Assembly: GCA_028534125.1 (NCBI GenBank)
Contig: CM052817.1
Location: forward strand, 97,218,001 to 97,282,000
Length of the DNA: 64,000 nt
Direction of reading: 5' to 3'
Origin: Lama glama
Lineage: Eukaryota
Each line of letters begins with the position of its first letter. The first letter of the stretch is position 1. Below, one piece after another: positions 26,375-39,833 of this stretch. The notes under the pieces are model-generated. The model worked only from the letters and a program-made list of their open reading frames with translations, made no database searches and was not told the DNA's origin. The translations under genes and the position numbers were made by a program.

Positions 26375-29251
26375 GTATTCCTTGTATTCTAGGAGTTTAT
26401 AGGATATCTGGAGTAAAAACGTATACATAAAACACAAAAACACAAAGGACTGACACAGGAAGAACTGATAGAGGTTAACTATTTGGGGGAAAAAAGTCAC
26501 TCCTGACTTCGATGGTAAGAGAAGTGATCAGAGAGAAAGCATCCTGTGGGCTGAGCTTGAGGAAGGAAGGAAAATGTTAGGAGCCAAGGCCCAGCAGTGG
26601 GAAGTAGGGACAAAGGGAAGAGGAAGGTGAATTTGGCTGGCACAGAGTTTGTGCCGGGAAGCAGTGGGAAATAAGGCTGAATATCGCATTTTAAAATTAA
26701 TTCGTTCTTCAAGCACTTACTAATGCCAGACAGTGTCCGAGCTGCTGGCCACATGAAGCTGTAGCACACAGACCAGCTTCCTAACCTCTCTGAGCCTACG
26801 TTATGGGGTGAGATCTGCTACCCAGAACATAAACGGGACTGGGCAGAGGGTGGAGAGTCCTCTACATCTGGCCATCAGGCGAAATCTGTCTGAATAGGAG
26901 TATTCTGGGCTGAGACGAGAAGTTAAGCACCATCCTGCTCCACAGAGCGAATAGCACGTGCGGAGGCCCAAGCCAAGAAGGAGCTCGGATCCTTCAAAGC
27001 ACTGAAAGGTCATGGGCAGGGCTGACCAAGGCGCCAGCAAATCCGCTCAGAGAATTCCTTCCAACAGCACCTTACTATTTTCAAACTTTTTCATGGTCCT
27101 AGGTATGTTACCTGAGCCATACTCCCTGGGGATACAGCACGTGGGATTTCTTCATGACGCTGCCTTCATTCTTCCCACGATCCCACCCACCTGCCACCAG
27201 AGCATGAGCCCCTGTTTTGGCCAGTGTTGAATTCCCAGTGCCTGGAACAGTGCCAGGTGCATTCAAGTTGCTCAAGAAGTATTTGTCCAATGAACGCATT
27301 GGGTGAACATCACTTTTTCCCCTCCTCCCCAGAGTGGTCGAAAAAGAGAGGCAGGGTTTGGTGAAAAACAAGACAGATCAGGAAGCGAGTTAGAAAGTCT
27401 ACCTGTGGTTCTAGTTTCAAATGAAGCCTGTTCTCTTCAGCCTCCTCACCCTGCTCAGGCGAGGGTGATCCCTGTCCCCACCCGGGCTCACCGCACCCCT
27501 CCGGCGGCTCCCTCATCAGCACCCCTGCCCCGTGTCCATCGCCAGCCCTAACCTGCCAGAGTGAGGGTCCAGCGCAGAAGTCATCTCCTGTGGCTTAGAA
27601 ATACCAAGCTGCCCCCTGGGGAGGTGAGGGCGGGGTGTGCCACATTGTCACGCCAATCCCCTGGGCTCCCGTGGGGACAATGATCCCAGCCTGAACATCA
27701 GTGACACAGCTGGATCACACGGCCGTGTAAGCCAGTCCCATCAAAGGTGCAGAGGGACCTTAAGGGGGCTGTCCTGTTGCCTGGGAAGAGCAGCACATTT
27801 AGGACAGCCAGATCACGGCAGTACAAGGACCCCCAGTGGGGACACAGCAGGGGTGGGCAACCCTCTACGAAAACACGGCTAGAAATGAAGGATGAGAGTC
27901 CCATATCTCCATAAGGCTCAGAACTACAAAGACAGTGAAAGGCCACCAAAAATTCCTTTTTCAAACTGGGCTACAACTTGAAACAATATGTATACGCTTT
28001 TGAACATACTTTTAATTCTAAAATATTGGCCGAGACTTAAAAGAGGGTGTAACACTGAACCTTCATTGCAGAAATTAAAAAAAATTTGAAGAAATTTCAT
28101 TACCGACTTAAATGGGAGTTTTAATATGTGTACTGAAATTGACAAGAAATGTGAATACTTGCAGTGGTCTGGAGCCATATATGATAAGCTGTTTCAAGGT
28201 AAAATTGAATAATTAATCACTTAATACATGTTTGAAAAGTTTTGAGTTTATAATAAGAAAAGTTCTATTTTAATTTAGAGTATTAACTCCTGTCTTCACC
28301 CCAATGTTTAATAAAAAATCAGAAGGAATGTTTTCCTTAATTGTTCCCTACTTCCCACCTTTCCTCCAATTCCAATAAAGCCAGTACCCAGCCGAAGGAT
28401 AAGATCTTTGGGAACTTTCAGGTCCGTTTCACAGTTGAAAGCAAACACAAATGATAAGCTATTAAAGTTTTCTTCATCGTCTTAAACAGAGCAACGCCTC
28501 TGTTCACGACAAGGTGTACTACTTTATCATAAACTCCACCCTGTAATGAGCAACAACAATTTAGAAACCCCTTCTACTTTGATTAATAGATGGTTTGGTT
28601 CATCTGCTCAATAATTCATTCGTTCAGCCACCGTTTATGGAGGACCTGCTGTGTTCTGGACACCAGGCCACGTACTGGAAATTAAAAAATGATTAAGACA
28701 GAGTCTGTGACTGCCACGAGGAGGTGCCAGTCAAAGAAGAGAGGGATACAGACACCTAAAAAGAGCTGCCAGTGCGGGTGAGAGGGGGTCCAAGCCAGGC
28801 GAGGGTGGGGGGAGAGCAAGGGCAGTCTGTCCTCAGCGGCATGTGTCACTCCCTTGCACAAAATGCCAGACTGTTTCCTTCACTTTGGTGAAGGATGTGG
28901 AGGTAGGGGCACTGGCAGGGGACACAAGGGGACATGTTCAGAAGACACGAACGTGCAGGGTGTTGGCTGGCAGAGGTGTCCTAACTCCTGTCTCACTGGG
29001 ATTGCAACAGCATTCAACACCAGCAGCCACGCTTTCTTTCCCGAAGCCCTCTTTTTCCTTGGGATCCGTGACATAACATGTCTTTCCTGTCTTTCCTCCT
29101 TCAACCACTGCCTCTGAGATGAGTTCAAAATTTCTCCCTCCAGCGGGACCTCTCTTTAGGCTTCTGATCTGTATAAATAACTGCCAGTCTGCTATCTCCT
29201 CTTGGATAAGTTTCAAAGGCAGTTCAATCTTAGCATGTTTAAAACTGGCCT

Positions 29252-29349
29252 CATCCAAAAATGGGCAGAAGACCTAAACAAGCAATTCTCCAAGGAAGAC
29301 ATACAAATGATCAAAAGGCACATGAAAAAATGCTCAATATCACTAATTA
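29252..29349 (+). mobile_element. Young L1 ORF2 fragment running into an assembly gap
   Basis: Translates [32 protein letters not shown]. Confidence 0.9.
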
Positions 29350-29849
29350 NNNNNNNNNNNNNNNNNNNNNNNNNNNNNNNNNNNNNNNNNNNNNNNNNNN
29401 NNNNNNNNNNNNNNNNNNNNNNNNNNNNNNNNNNNNNNNNNNNNNNNNNNNNNNNNNNNNNNNNNNNNNNNNNNNNNNNNNNNNNNNNNNNNNNNNNNNN
29501 NNNNNNNNNNNNNNNNNNNNNNNNNNNNNNNNNNNNNNNNNNNNNNNNNNNNNNNNNNNNNNNNNNNNNNNNNNNNNNNNNNNNNNNNNNNNNNNNNNNN
29601 NNNNNNNNNNNNNNNNNNNNNNNNNNNNNNNNNNNNNNNNNNNNNNNNNNNNNNNNNNNNNNNNNNNNNNNNNNNNNNNNNNNNNNNNNNNNNNNNNNNN
29701 NNNNNNNNNNNNNNNNNNNNNNNNNNNNNNNNNNNNNNNNNNNNNNNNNNNNNNNNNNNNNNNNNNNNNNNNNNNNNNNNNNNNNNNNNNNNNNNNNNNN
29801 NNNNNNNNNNNNNNNNNNNNNNNNNNNNNNNNNNNNNNNNNNNNNNNNN
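29350..29849. other. Assembly gap (500 N)
   Basis: Run of exactly 500 N. Confidence 1.
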
Positions 29850-30755
29850 TAGGATAAAGCACACATACGCGTTCAAACGTCAGGTGCACCCATCCTCTGA
29901 AACTTACTAGTTTCCCTAAAAAACACAGGGTCTGTGACAGTTACCACAACAAACTCTACTTGTTGATGCGATTTGATCAAAAGGCTTTATGTCACTTCCA
30001 AGTGTTTCCTGGGGGTAGGTCCCCCCACCCCCTTTGAAAAACACAGCTCTGCCCTGTACTTTCTGGTTGAGAGAGAACTTAAGAAGTCTAGGCTTTTTGA
30101 GGTCAAAAGTTTTAAGAATAGAGAACAAAATGTTCATTCTAATAATTATACAATATCATATTATTTCACTACTTATAACATTAGAAACCAATTTTTTGTT
30201 GTTTCCATTTTATGTCTATTCATATTTTCTAGAATGGACAAATGCATAGAGTCTAAGTGATCTTTTCTTTTTTCTTTCTTTGGTTTCTTATTTCTTGTTT
30301 CTTTCCAAAACCCTTCAATGACAGTAAATTCCCCAGGCTTCAAATATAAGGTGCTTCCCCCCTCTAAGTTTCATTCACTGAAAAAGATTCTCACAATTAG
30401 AAATGAATAGATGGCACCAAAAGCATAGAAAACAACAACAAAAAATAGATGAACTGGACTTCATTAAAATTAAAAACTATAATTTTAAAAGTACATCAAA
30501 GGACACTGTCAAGAGAATGAAAAGACAACCCACAGAATGGGAAAAACATACCAATCATATATCTGATAAGGGTTTGATATCCAGAATATATAAAGAACTC
30601 CTACAACTTGAGAACAAAAAGACAAACAACCTGATTAAAAATGGGCAAAGGACTTGAATGGACATTTCTCCAAAGAAGATGTACAAATGGCCCACAAGTC
30701 TATGAAAAGATGCTCAATATCATTAGTCATTAGGGAAGTGTAAATCAAAACCACA

Positions 30756-31167
30756 CCGACAGTACGTCACACTTAGTAAGAGATAAGTCAGACGGAGAAG
30801 ACCAGTACTGTATGCTATCACTTACATATGGAGCCTAATAGGCAAACTTGTAAAACAGAGTAGAATGGTGGTTGCCAGGGACTGGGGGGTGGGGGAAGAG
30901 CAGGGATGTTGCTTAAGTGGACAGATAAGTCCTGGAGATCTAATGCACAGTATAGTGAATACAGACAATAATGCTGTGTTGTATTCAACAAACCTGCCAA
31001 GAGACTAGATCTCGATTATTCCCACCACAAAGAAAGAAATGATTATGTGACAGAGATGCTAACTACTGCTAAAATGGCAATCATATTACAATATATAAAT
31101 GTATCAAGTAACATTTTTTACCTTAAATTCACACAATGTTATATGACAAATATATTTCAATAAAAAC
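30756..31167 (+). mobile_element. Nested L1MA-like 3' end
   Basis: ataagtcagacggagaagac...agagtagaatggtggttgccaggg...tatatttcaataaaa. Flanked by an imperfect TSD aaa(t/c)caaaacc at 30742-30752 and 31168-31178. Confidence 0.8.
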
Positions 31168-31529
31168 AAACCAAAACCCCTAACATACTTCACGCCTACT
31201 AGTATAGCTATGAAAAGAAACCACAAACCAAACCAAACCAATAAACAGAAAGTAAGTGTTAGCGAGGATGCGGTGCAATTGGAACTCCTGTTACTCTTGC
31301 TGGTGGGAATGCAAAATTGTGCAACTTCTGTGGAAAACAGTTCAATGGTTCCTCAAAAGCTACACTCAGAATTCCCACATGCCCTAGGAATTCCACTCCT
31401 AGGTATATACCTAAAGGCAATGACAGCAAGGACTGAAACAGATATTTATATGCAAATGTTTATAGCAGCATTACCATGATAGCCAAGGGCAGGCACAACC
31501 CAAGTGTCCAGGAATGTGTAAGCCAAATG

Positions 31530-32148
31530 GGGTCAATTCTCTTTATTTGGTAAAAATAAATATAGTAGTTGTATTCTATAAAGATGTAGCAGACACTGAA
31601 TTAGCTACTACTGAGCTGCTCTTCCAAGGGGACATGCAGGTGAGGTTCCTGAGGGCGACCGATCACGACATTTTCATCAACTGATTTATACATAATCTTG
31701 TTTTGTGTGTGCTTCTGTTTAAAGACACCTCATTAACATACACTGTTGATTCATTAACACTGAACTCACAGCCAATGGCACTGTCACTCATGTCTGAAAG
31801 AAGCTTACCTAACACCTGTATTTTATCCCTAAGCCGTATCAAAGCCTTTTTGCACTGAGGAACACTAGACAGCACTGTGGCACTCTCCTTGCGGGTCATT
31901 TTAAACAGTGAAATCACCAGCAAAAAGCACAACAATGCAAGAAACATGGCACTAAACAGACCATGAAAAGGACACGTGTTTACAGTATGAGCGCTGAAAT
32001 GAGAAGATGGAGTCTCAGCTGATATGGACACGTCGGTGCTTCAAATGTATTGCCTCTGTGCTGCAAGTCTGACTCTGGGGTTACAAATAAATGTAGCCAG
32101 AAGGCCAGTTCACACATACGGCATCTGCGAACAACGAGGCCAAGTCTA
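31530..32148 (-). mobile_element. TcMar-Tigger family non-autonomous DNA transposon (MER82-like), nested in L1
   Basis: ORF 31663..32031 retains a CENP-B/psq-type HTH remnant (KKALIRLRDKIQVLGKLLSDMSDSAIGCEFSVNESTVYV). Degenerate TIRs at both ends. Confidence 0.8.
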
Positions 32149-33818
32149 TATGCATGCAATGGAATATTACTCAGTCATGAAATGAAATTCTAATCCATGC
32201 TACAATAAGGATGAACCTTGGGAACATGATGGTAAGTGAAATAAGCCAGACACAGAGGACACATGTTCTATGATTCCAATTATGTAAAATAGGCAAATTC
32301 ATAGACTAGAGGTAATCAGGGGTTTGGTGAAAAGAAGGATGCCAAGTTACTGCTTAACTGGTCCAGAGATTCTGACTGGGATGAAGAAAAAAGTACTGGA
32401 GATGGACAGTGAGGACGGTGGCACAACAATTTTAATGCAATTAGTGCGACTGAATTGTGCACTAAAAAATGGTTAAAATGGAAAATCTTGTATTATACAT
32501 ATTTTATGGCAAAGAATGGATAGATTCACTGAAAAAGATTAAATGGATCATTTTAATCTCATAAAATCTAAAGGAGACACACTGGATGGCATTAACAGAT
32601 TCTTATTTACCCACACTTCCTCTTAAAGCAAAGACCTTCCCTAACATGTTTTCCTTTTGGTTTACAGACCACATTTAAAAAACAGGCTTACTATTTAATA
32701 TCAACTGATTACTAAGGGAAACAAGTAAATTAAAACGTGCATGTCAGTTGTTTGGCCTCACTTCAGGCTTTGGGTGAAAATTTATGCAGAAGTAGAATTA
32801 TTCGTTCTGACTAATTGCCAAAAGAGGGGTTGCCCCAAGAACCAACGCCTGATCTTCCTAATTTATCTTGGAGTAAAGCTGCCATTGCGGCCCACCATAT
32901 CTGGGCAAAGCCATACTCTCGGGGAAACTGCCACTGGGACAATTTAGATAGCTTGGCACTTTGTGTCCACGTTTAATCTTTCACATCATTTCTCTTTCTT
33001 TTATCACCAATCTATTTTTCATCTGTTTCCTTCCCTACTGAAAACCCCGATTTTCGTATTTCTAGAGAGCGCCATCTGTTAGGCTACGGCTGTGGTTGCT
33101 CTGGCAATTCAAACATCCTTTTTATTTTAAGTATTTCTTGACCCAACAATTACAAAGAAGCACGGCTGGGTATACACATAAATGAAATGTACTCATATAG
33201 GATGCAAACAATATCAAAATGTAAACTTAACACGGGAAGGAATTCACAGCCAAAGAAAACTCTATTACAATTCTTTCAATCTTTTTAAAAACGCATCATA
33301 AAACCAGAAATGTTTCACTACAGAATAACATTTTGGCTTCTTTTATGATTGCAGAGAAGGGTAATTATGATTGTCACGAAAACACACCGAGCAGCTGTAT
33401 ACTGTTAACAAAAGGGCCATTATATGAATGTGTGCAAAAAAACTGGCATTTTATACATTCACATTTCCTAGAAATTAGACAGTCTTCCCAACTGGAGTAG
33501 ATACCAAAAGAGACTATTTTCTATTAAGTATGGCTTTGTACCCATCAGGTTTTTGGAGCCAACTGGACCATCTTTCTTTCTGGGACAATTCCCTCACACT
33601 ATTATGTGAGATCTGTATCCACTGATTTATACACTCCGACATACACATTATACATTTCGTAAAAAGCGATTTTTAAGTTCCCCAAAGGTAGACTTTTAGC
33701 TCTTACAAGTGTTTATAGCCGTGGATTCTATCACAAACGTACATCTGTTTAGAAACCATGAAAAAGCCTAACGAACAATCTGCAGTTTATTTTATGAAGG
33801 CTAATTAATAGGTACTTA

Positions 33819-33980
<162 letters not shown>

Positions 33981-35221
33981 TTAATCACAGAAATACAGTT
34001 AGAGTTTAAGTACATTCCAGGAAGAAGCTTCTTAAGTCAACCCCAAGCAGCCCCTTTACTCTCGACTCAAATCAATTCTATAGCTGTTTACAGAGCACCT
34101 ATCATGGGCCTGGCCCCCTTAAATGTTTTATTTTATTTTCATTTAAAAATTTTTTTGAACTTTATTTTTTATTTAAGTGTAGTTGCTTTACAATGTTATC
34201 AATGTTTCATTTTAAATTCACCCTAAATTCTCAATGGGGGGGGTGAATGGCCAGGGCCAAGAAAGCTGAGATGTTCTGGGAGTTTCAAGGTGGATGGTGG
34301 ACAGTGGTCCCCAACCCTCAGTTAGACTGAAAGAATCTACATTAATGCATACAACTTGTTTCATCTGACTCAAAACTGGTAACTTTACAATAAAGGATAA
34401 CTTAATGACCGTCAGTTCCTGTATATCTGCAATAGTAGTGAAAAATTTCTCGTTCTCATGAGTTTGCACTGATTCAAAAAGTATTATTCCTCACTTCTCC
34501 TAGTCTGGGATGACACCAGACTTTAACAGACTTTTGAAGCAGATAAGCATGCTTGGTACCTGTCCTCCCCTCACCCACAGTCTTCCTTTCTGGGCTTCAA
34601 GCCTTTCTTTTGCTCCTTTTCTCTTCCTCTGTCTGTTTAGTTTCACAGGGCAAGCGCCTCTTCAAAGACTCGATCATCAGAGCTTCCCCCAGTCTTTTCT
34701 CACAAGACTGCTGGTTGACCTCAGGTCCTCTAGGAAACTGCTCCAGATTAATGAACTGGGACTATGTGATCGCAATTCTAAGCGATGTTTCTATAGATAC
34801 TTAGGGGCCTGATGAATATAATCCCATGGCATAAAAAAATGACAAAAGTAGGAATTTCAAGGACAATTTAAAGGGTGCTGGAGGTAAGACGACATTTTTA
34901 GAAAGAACAATCTTTCAGAGTTCGAGTAAGTTCACACAGCTTACTTGAGAGGTCCTGATTTACTTGGTCTAAGCTTAACTTAGATGAGCCCTGGTTAAGA
35001 GCTGCGGACAATGGGCTCACTTTGTGCTTTTACAAACAGAATGTGTTTTACCTTATTACTAAGACTGGGGTGAAATTTTCCATGGGAAAATTTAAATTCT
35101 CCATTGCAGTCCTCAACTTAAGAAATGCATATGTTGTATTAACAATCGAACTTTTAAATTCTCGTGAGAAATGAGCCCATTAATCAGATTTTTTCCTCCA
35201 TGCTTGATTAATTTGACATCA

Positions 35222-35734
<513 letters not shown>

Positions 35735-35869
35735 TTAGGACTATGTTCAGGATACCTTACAAGAGGGCTATTGCCATCAAATACTGACTTCTATTGATTA
35801 AAGCATACATTTCCTCTAAAGATGTTGTGTTACACTAATAGGAACAGGACCTTTTTGAAGATTTTTCCG

Positions 35870-36030
35870 ATACCAGGCACTGTCCTAAATGCTTAAAATT
35901 GACCGCTGAACAATTTTATGACTGGGTACTATTATGGTTTTCATTTTATAATGAGGAAACAGATCAGAAGAGTCAGAAAAATCTGTCCAGGATCACACAG
36001 CTAGTATATGTAAAACAGAGGTTAAGAGCT
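35870..36030. mobile_element. MIR
   Basis: ccaggcactgtcctaaatgctt...cattttataatgaggaaacaga...aggatcacacagctagta. Confidence 0.65.
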
Positions 36031-36711
36031 CAGAGGGAGGCTAAATTAATTCATATGCTAATAAGTTACGAATGCCTCAACTAAATCTTATATAAGCAAG
36101 TAATTCCCACCTATTATCCACCAGAGAGCTGGGAACAAGCGCTAGACTGGCCTGACTGTGGGCTCTGCTCCCTTTAATTAGCCTCCCCTGGCCCTTTACT
36201 TGCTCCTCTTTGGTGCTTCTCTACCACTTACTCGTCCTGCTGTAGCCCGCAGGCAACCACCTGCTTACATGGAGTAGTTACTTTGTGCAGATGCCGCTAG
36301 CACGAAATCCCCAGCTGTACTTGACCTGCTTAGACATATAGATTGGGTGTTCCTCCTCTTTTACAGCCCTCATGGCACCTTGGTAAATGCTACGCCTGTA
36401 CCCAGTGATTTTTAGATTCCTTCCCACTGAATGAATAGGGGCACAATCAACCCCAAAGCAAGGCAAGCAAAGGTTGAAGAAATTAAATATCTGGATGATT
36501 CCAAACTGGAGAGCTAACCAGTAAGTATAGCAGAATTAATGCTATTAAAAACTCAGATGTGAGCTATACCAATACACAAACATAATCCTTAAAAATCTCT
36601 CCTATTCTGTATTTTAATATAAACAATTCACATATCATATAGCCTAGAGCTCGAAGATATCTTAATATTGCACAGGAATACCCTGTTAGATTTTTAGGAG
36701 AATGTATGAAC

Positions 36712-36837
36712 AAGTGACCACGTTCTCATTTACCCACAACGGTCCTGGTTTATGCCTGTTTTCTCAGCACGATCATCAATAAGCACCCTGCTACTCCTAG
36801 AAGTGCTGCATTTTGGACAATAAATGTGTTCATCTTA
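36712..36837 (+). mobile_element. hAT-Blackjack MITE (MER94-like)
   Basis: gtgacca...gtcctggtttatgcctgtt...ttttggacaataaat...tcatctta, about 125 bp. Confidence 0.6.
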
Positions 36838-37740
36838 ATTAAAACCAAAGAATCAGTATTAACTTTAATAGCAACCACTTTCCTTTCACATTTCTCTCGA
36901 GGGTTCTTACAATAGATATGGGAACAGAAGGACTGGGGTGGGGTGGAAAAGAGGATTGGAAGGTAGATGGGAGGGTGAGGGGGTGGACGGCAGGTAGGTG
37001 GAGCTGACGGATAGATGGATAGATACTGGGGAAGGCGGGCGAGTGAATGAATGAATAGATAAAGACAAACGAAAGCTCGGAAGTGCCAAACTGAGCTTAG
37101 AGCTGTGGTAAGAACTTACTTTGCAATTGTAAGGTTTTCCATCCTACTGAAGAATTTATTTTAAGATTATTGAAGAACCAGACACTTTCTACTTAATTCT
37201 AACGTGTGAGGAACACACAGGATACAAAACATAACGTAGGCCTAAGTCACACCAGTTAACGCCATTTTGAAAGTAACTATCCATGCTTATAATTATGGCC
37301 GCACATGACTTCATTACAGAAACACTTACTGATTCAGACAAAGGACAAGTCACTACGCAGCAACAGACAGACCTGCCGAACATTCTGGGCTTGAGAGATG
37401 AACAAGATATAATTCCGATCTTTAAGGAGTTTGAAATTAGCAAAATAACGGAAAAATTTCAATTATTTCAAACCATTTCATTTCTCATAGACTGTCTCCT
37501 TCAATAAAAGAGTTGAGGCAGAAAAATGGGATGCTGAGAACTGTCTGAATGAAAAGCAGATGTCTCATATTCATGTCTGTTAACAGGGAGCGACTGACCA
37601 AGTACTGCCCCTCGTCCACCACTGCCTCGGTGGCAGCACCGAGCACACAGCAGGTAACCAAGATGCTTGTGATGAATGAATGAATGAACAAAGCAAAGAA
37701 AAAAGAATCAGCGAAGTGCCTCAAAAACTAGGCAAAACAG

Positions 37741-37851
37741 CAGGGAGGGTATAGCTCAGAGGTGGAGCACATGCTCAGCACCCATGACATCCTGGGTTTA
37801 ATCCCAAGTACCTCCATTAAAGATAAAACAACAACAACAACAACAACAACA
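37741..37851 (+). mobile_element. Vic-1-like SINE with a (CAA)n tail and TSD
   Basis: gggagggtatagctcagaggtggagcacatgc...cctgggtttaatccc. TSD aaaaactaggcaaaacag (37723-37740) and aaaaactagggcaaacag (37852-37869). Confidence 0.9.
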
Positions 37852-39081
37852 AAAAACTAGGGCAAACAGAGGAGGAGAAAGGAACCAAACATGCAGATAA
37901 TCCAAAATGCTGGTCTGTGGGTGACTGTAATCCTCAATAGCACAGATTAGCCATTTGGGGTATCAGGTACTCGGAACTAACAGCCTCTCTGTCACATAGA
38001 TTCTTCTCTAAGTCTCAGCTAATTCATCTGAAAAATGAGAACAATAATGTTTCCCCCTCTTACCTCACAAAGGGCTAAATGGATAGAAAGATCAAAAACA
38101 ATGTTGAAAATTATTACTAACATCTGAAATAGTACTTCAGTGTTACTGCCATTCTTTCCCATACTTTTGCAAATAATTGAAACTCTTCCAATCCATTAAA
38201 ATGTCCTTATCCTTTGTAAGACTTATCATCTGATGATAACCTTCATTTGATTGATGAGAAATAGCCGAGGGGTGATATTCTCAAATTTTATTAAAAGTGA
38301 GATTTGCTTGCAAATTAATTACAAAATTCACACTAGGTTTAGGCCTTAGGTCTATAATGCTGTGTTTATTCTCATGGCTGATTTAAGGTCAATGCTACGA
38401 AATATTATGAATGAGGAATACTTAATATTTTCTCCAGCATTTATATAGACAAGGCTGTGGCCTGGAGCAGAACCTATGAGCAGAGTATCAAGATTATGTT
38501 TAGCATTTCAGTTACATTTAACTTCACGCTGTGATTTTATGAATACATGTGGAACACCTGGAATTGAGGAATTATCTACACTTACTTAAACACTTCAAGA
38601 AAATAAATATTTTCAGTGTGCAGATTCTTCAGCCAAATGTATTCATCCAGTATCTTTTTCTACAAGCATGAGGGTAGTTACATAATAATTATATTGCTCA
38701 AAGCAGCCCTTCTAAAATGCTTAAGAATTTTATACTTTTCTTCTAACACATGCTGTATTCTAAAATTAAAGCTCCTGAAAGTTGCTAATGTCTTATGTAT
38801 TCCTATGACATCACTTTTCATGATGCTTACGGATACTCCATAAATGGCTGTTGACTACATTTATTTCTTTTTTCAAGTTTTAATACATTGGAACAAACTA
38901 TTGCCTATATAAAAGTATTAATTTACTTCCATGCAGGAAATACAGGTAAGTTTCTGAGCTGTTTTAGATAAAATTTCTGAATTGTTAATTATTGTTCCTT
39001 TTCAAAATGTCTACTGTGTAATGATCCATTTGCAGAGTTATTACTCTTAAAAGGCCACAACTAAGATGACAGTAGGATAAA

Positions 39082-39495
39082 TTTATTGAGCACTTATGCA
39101 CCAAGCACAGTTCAAAACACTTTTCAGATGTCCTAAGCATTCCAGCGCTCCCCACAACACCATGACTAGGTAATCTTATTTCCACTTTCCAGGTGGAGAA
39201 ACCAAAGCAGATAGAGAGAGAGAGGAAGGACATACTCCTCCAGGGTACAGAGCTGATAAACACCAGGGCTAGGTTTTGCATCCAGTCATGGCTCAGAGCC
39301 CACACTCTTTTTTTTTTTTTAATTTAAGGATTGTCAGTTTACAGTGCCGCGTCAATTCCTGGTGTACAGCATAACGTTTCCGTCATACATAGGCATACAT
39401 GTATTCCTTTTCATATTCTTTTTCATGACAGGTTACTACAAGATACTGAATATAGTTCCCTGTAGAGCCCACACTCTTAACCTCTATGCTATGCA
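39082..39495. mobile_element. MIR interrupted near its end by an L1 fragment
   Basis: atttattgagcacttatgcaccaagcacagtt...ggagaaaccaaagcaga...cagagcccacactcttaacctctatgcta. Confidence 0.7.
39310..39463 (-). mobile_element. Short L1 3' end with a perfect 15-bp TSD
   Basis: Poly-T, then ggtgtacagcat...ttactacaagatactgaatatagttccctgt. TSD AGAGCCCACACTCTT at 39295-39309 and 39464-39478. Confidence 0.92.
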
Positions 39496-39797
39496 GTCTC
39501 TCTCCTAATACTTTTTTCTCATTTGTGTGTGTGTTTTTTTTAAATACTTTAAGATTAGCACAGCTTCCAATCCAAGTGTATAATTAAGATGTTTGCTAAT
39601 TACACAGGAACATCTCTGGCCAAAGATACTTAATGAGCTTGTTTCCATTATCCAAAGCATCAGTGAACATAAATTTGGGGTCTTATCACTACCTACCACC
39701 TTACTAAATTAATTTGGACTTAATGGCCTTTGGGCTCTGGAATTCATGTTCCCAGGAGGTCCAGAGCCACACTTCATCTTTCAACTGCCAGCAACAG

Positions 39798-39798
<1 letters not shown>

Positions 39799-39830
<32 letters not shown>

Positions 39831-39833
39831 TGT
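39799..39833. repeat. (TG)n microsatellite
   Basis: TG run with a short CG interruption. Confidence 0.95.

Larger units (their letters stand above)
30400..32515 (+). mobile_element. Older L1 (ORF2 3' end to 3' UTR, L1MB-like) split by two nested insertions
   Basis: ORF2 remnants KIDELDFIKIKN...TVKRMKRQPTEWEK...SDKGLISRIYKEL and GIPLLGIY. The L1 sequence resumes after each insert, at about 31170 and about 32150. Confidence 0.88.

Noticed and set aside
29202..29889. Long ORFs of 177-217 aa
   Set aside because: Artefacts of translating through the N gap; the real part is an L1 ORF2 fragment.
31663..32031. 122-aa ORF with an HTH-like segment as a possible domesticated transposase
   Set aside because: It lies within a decayed non-autonomous Tigger-type element, with no DDE domain and no sign of a gene structure.
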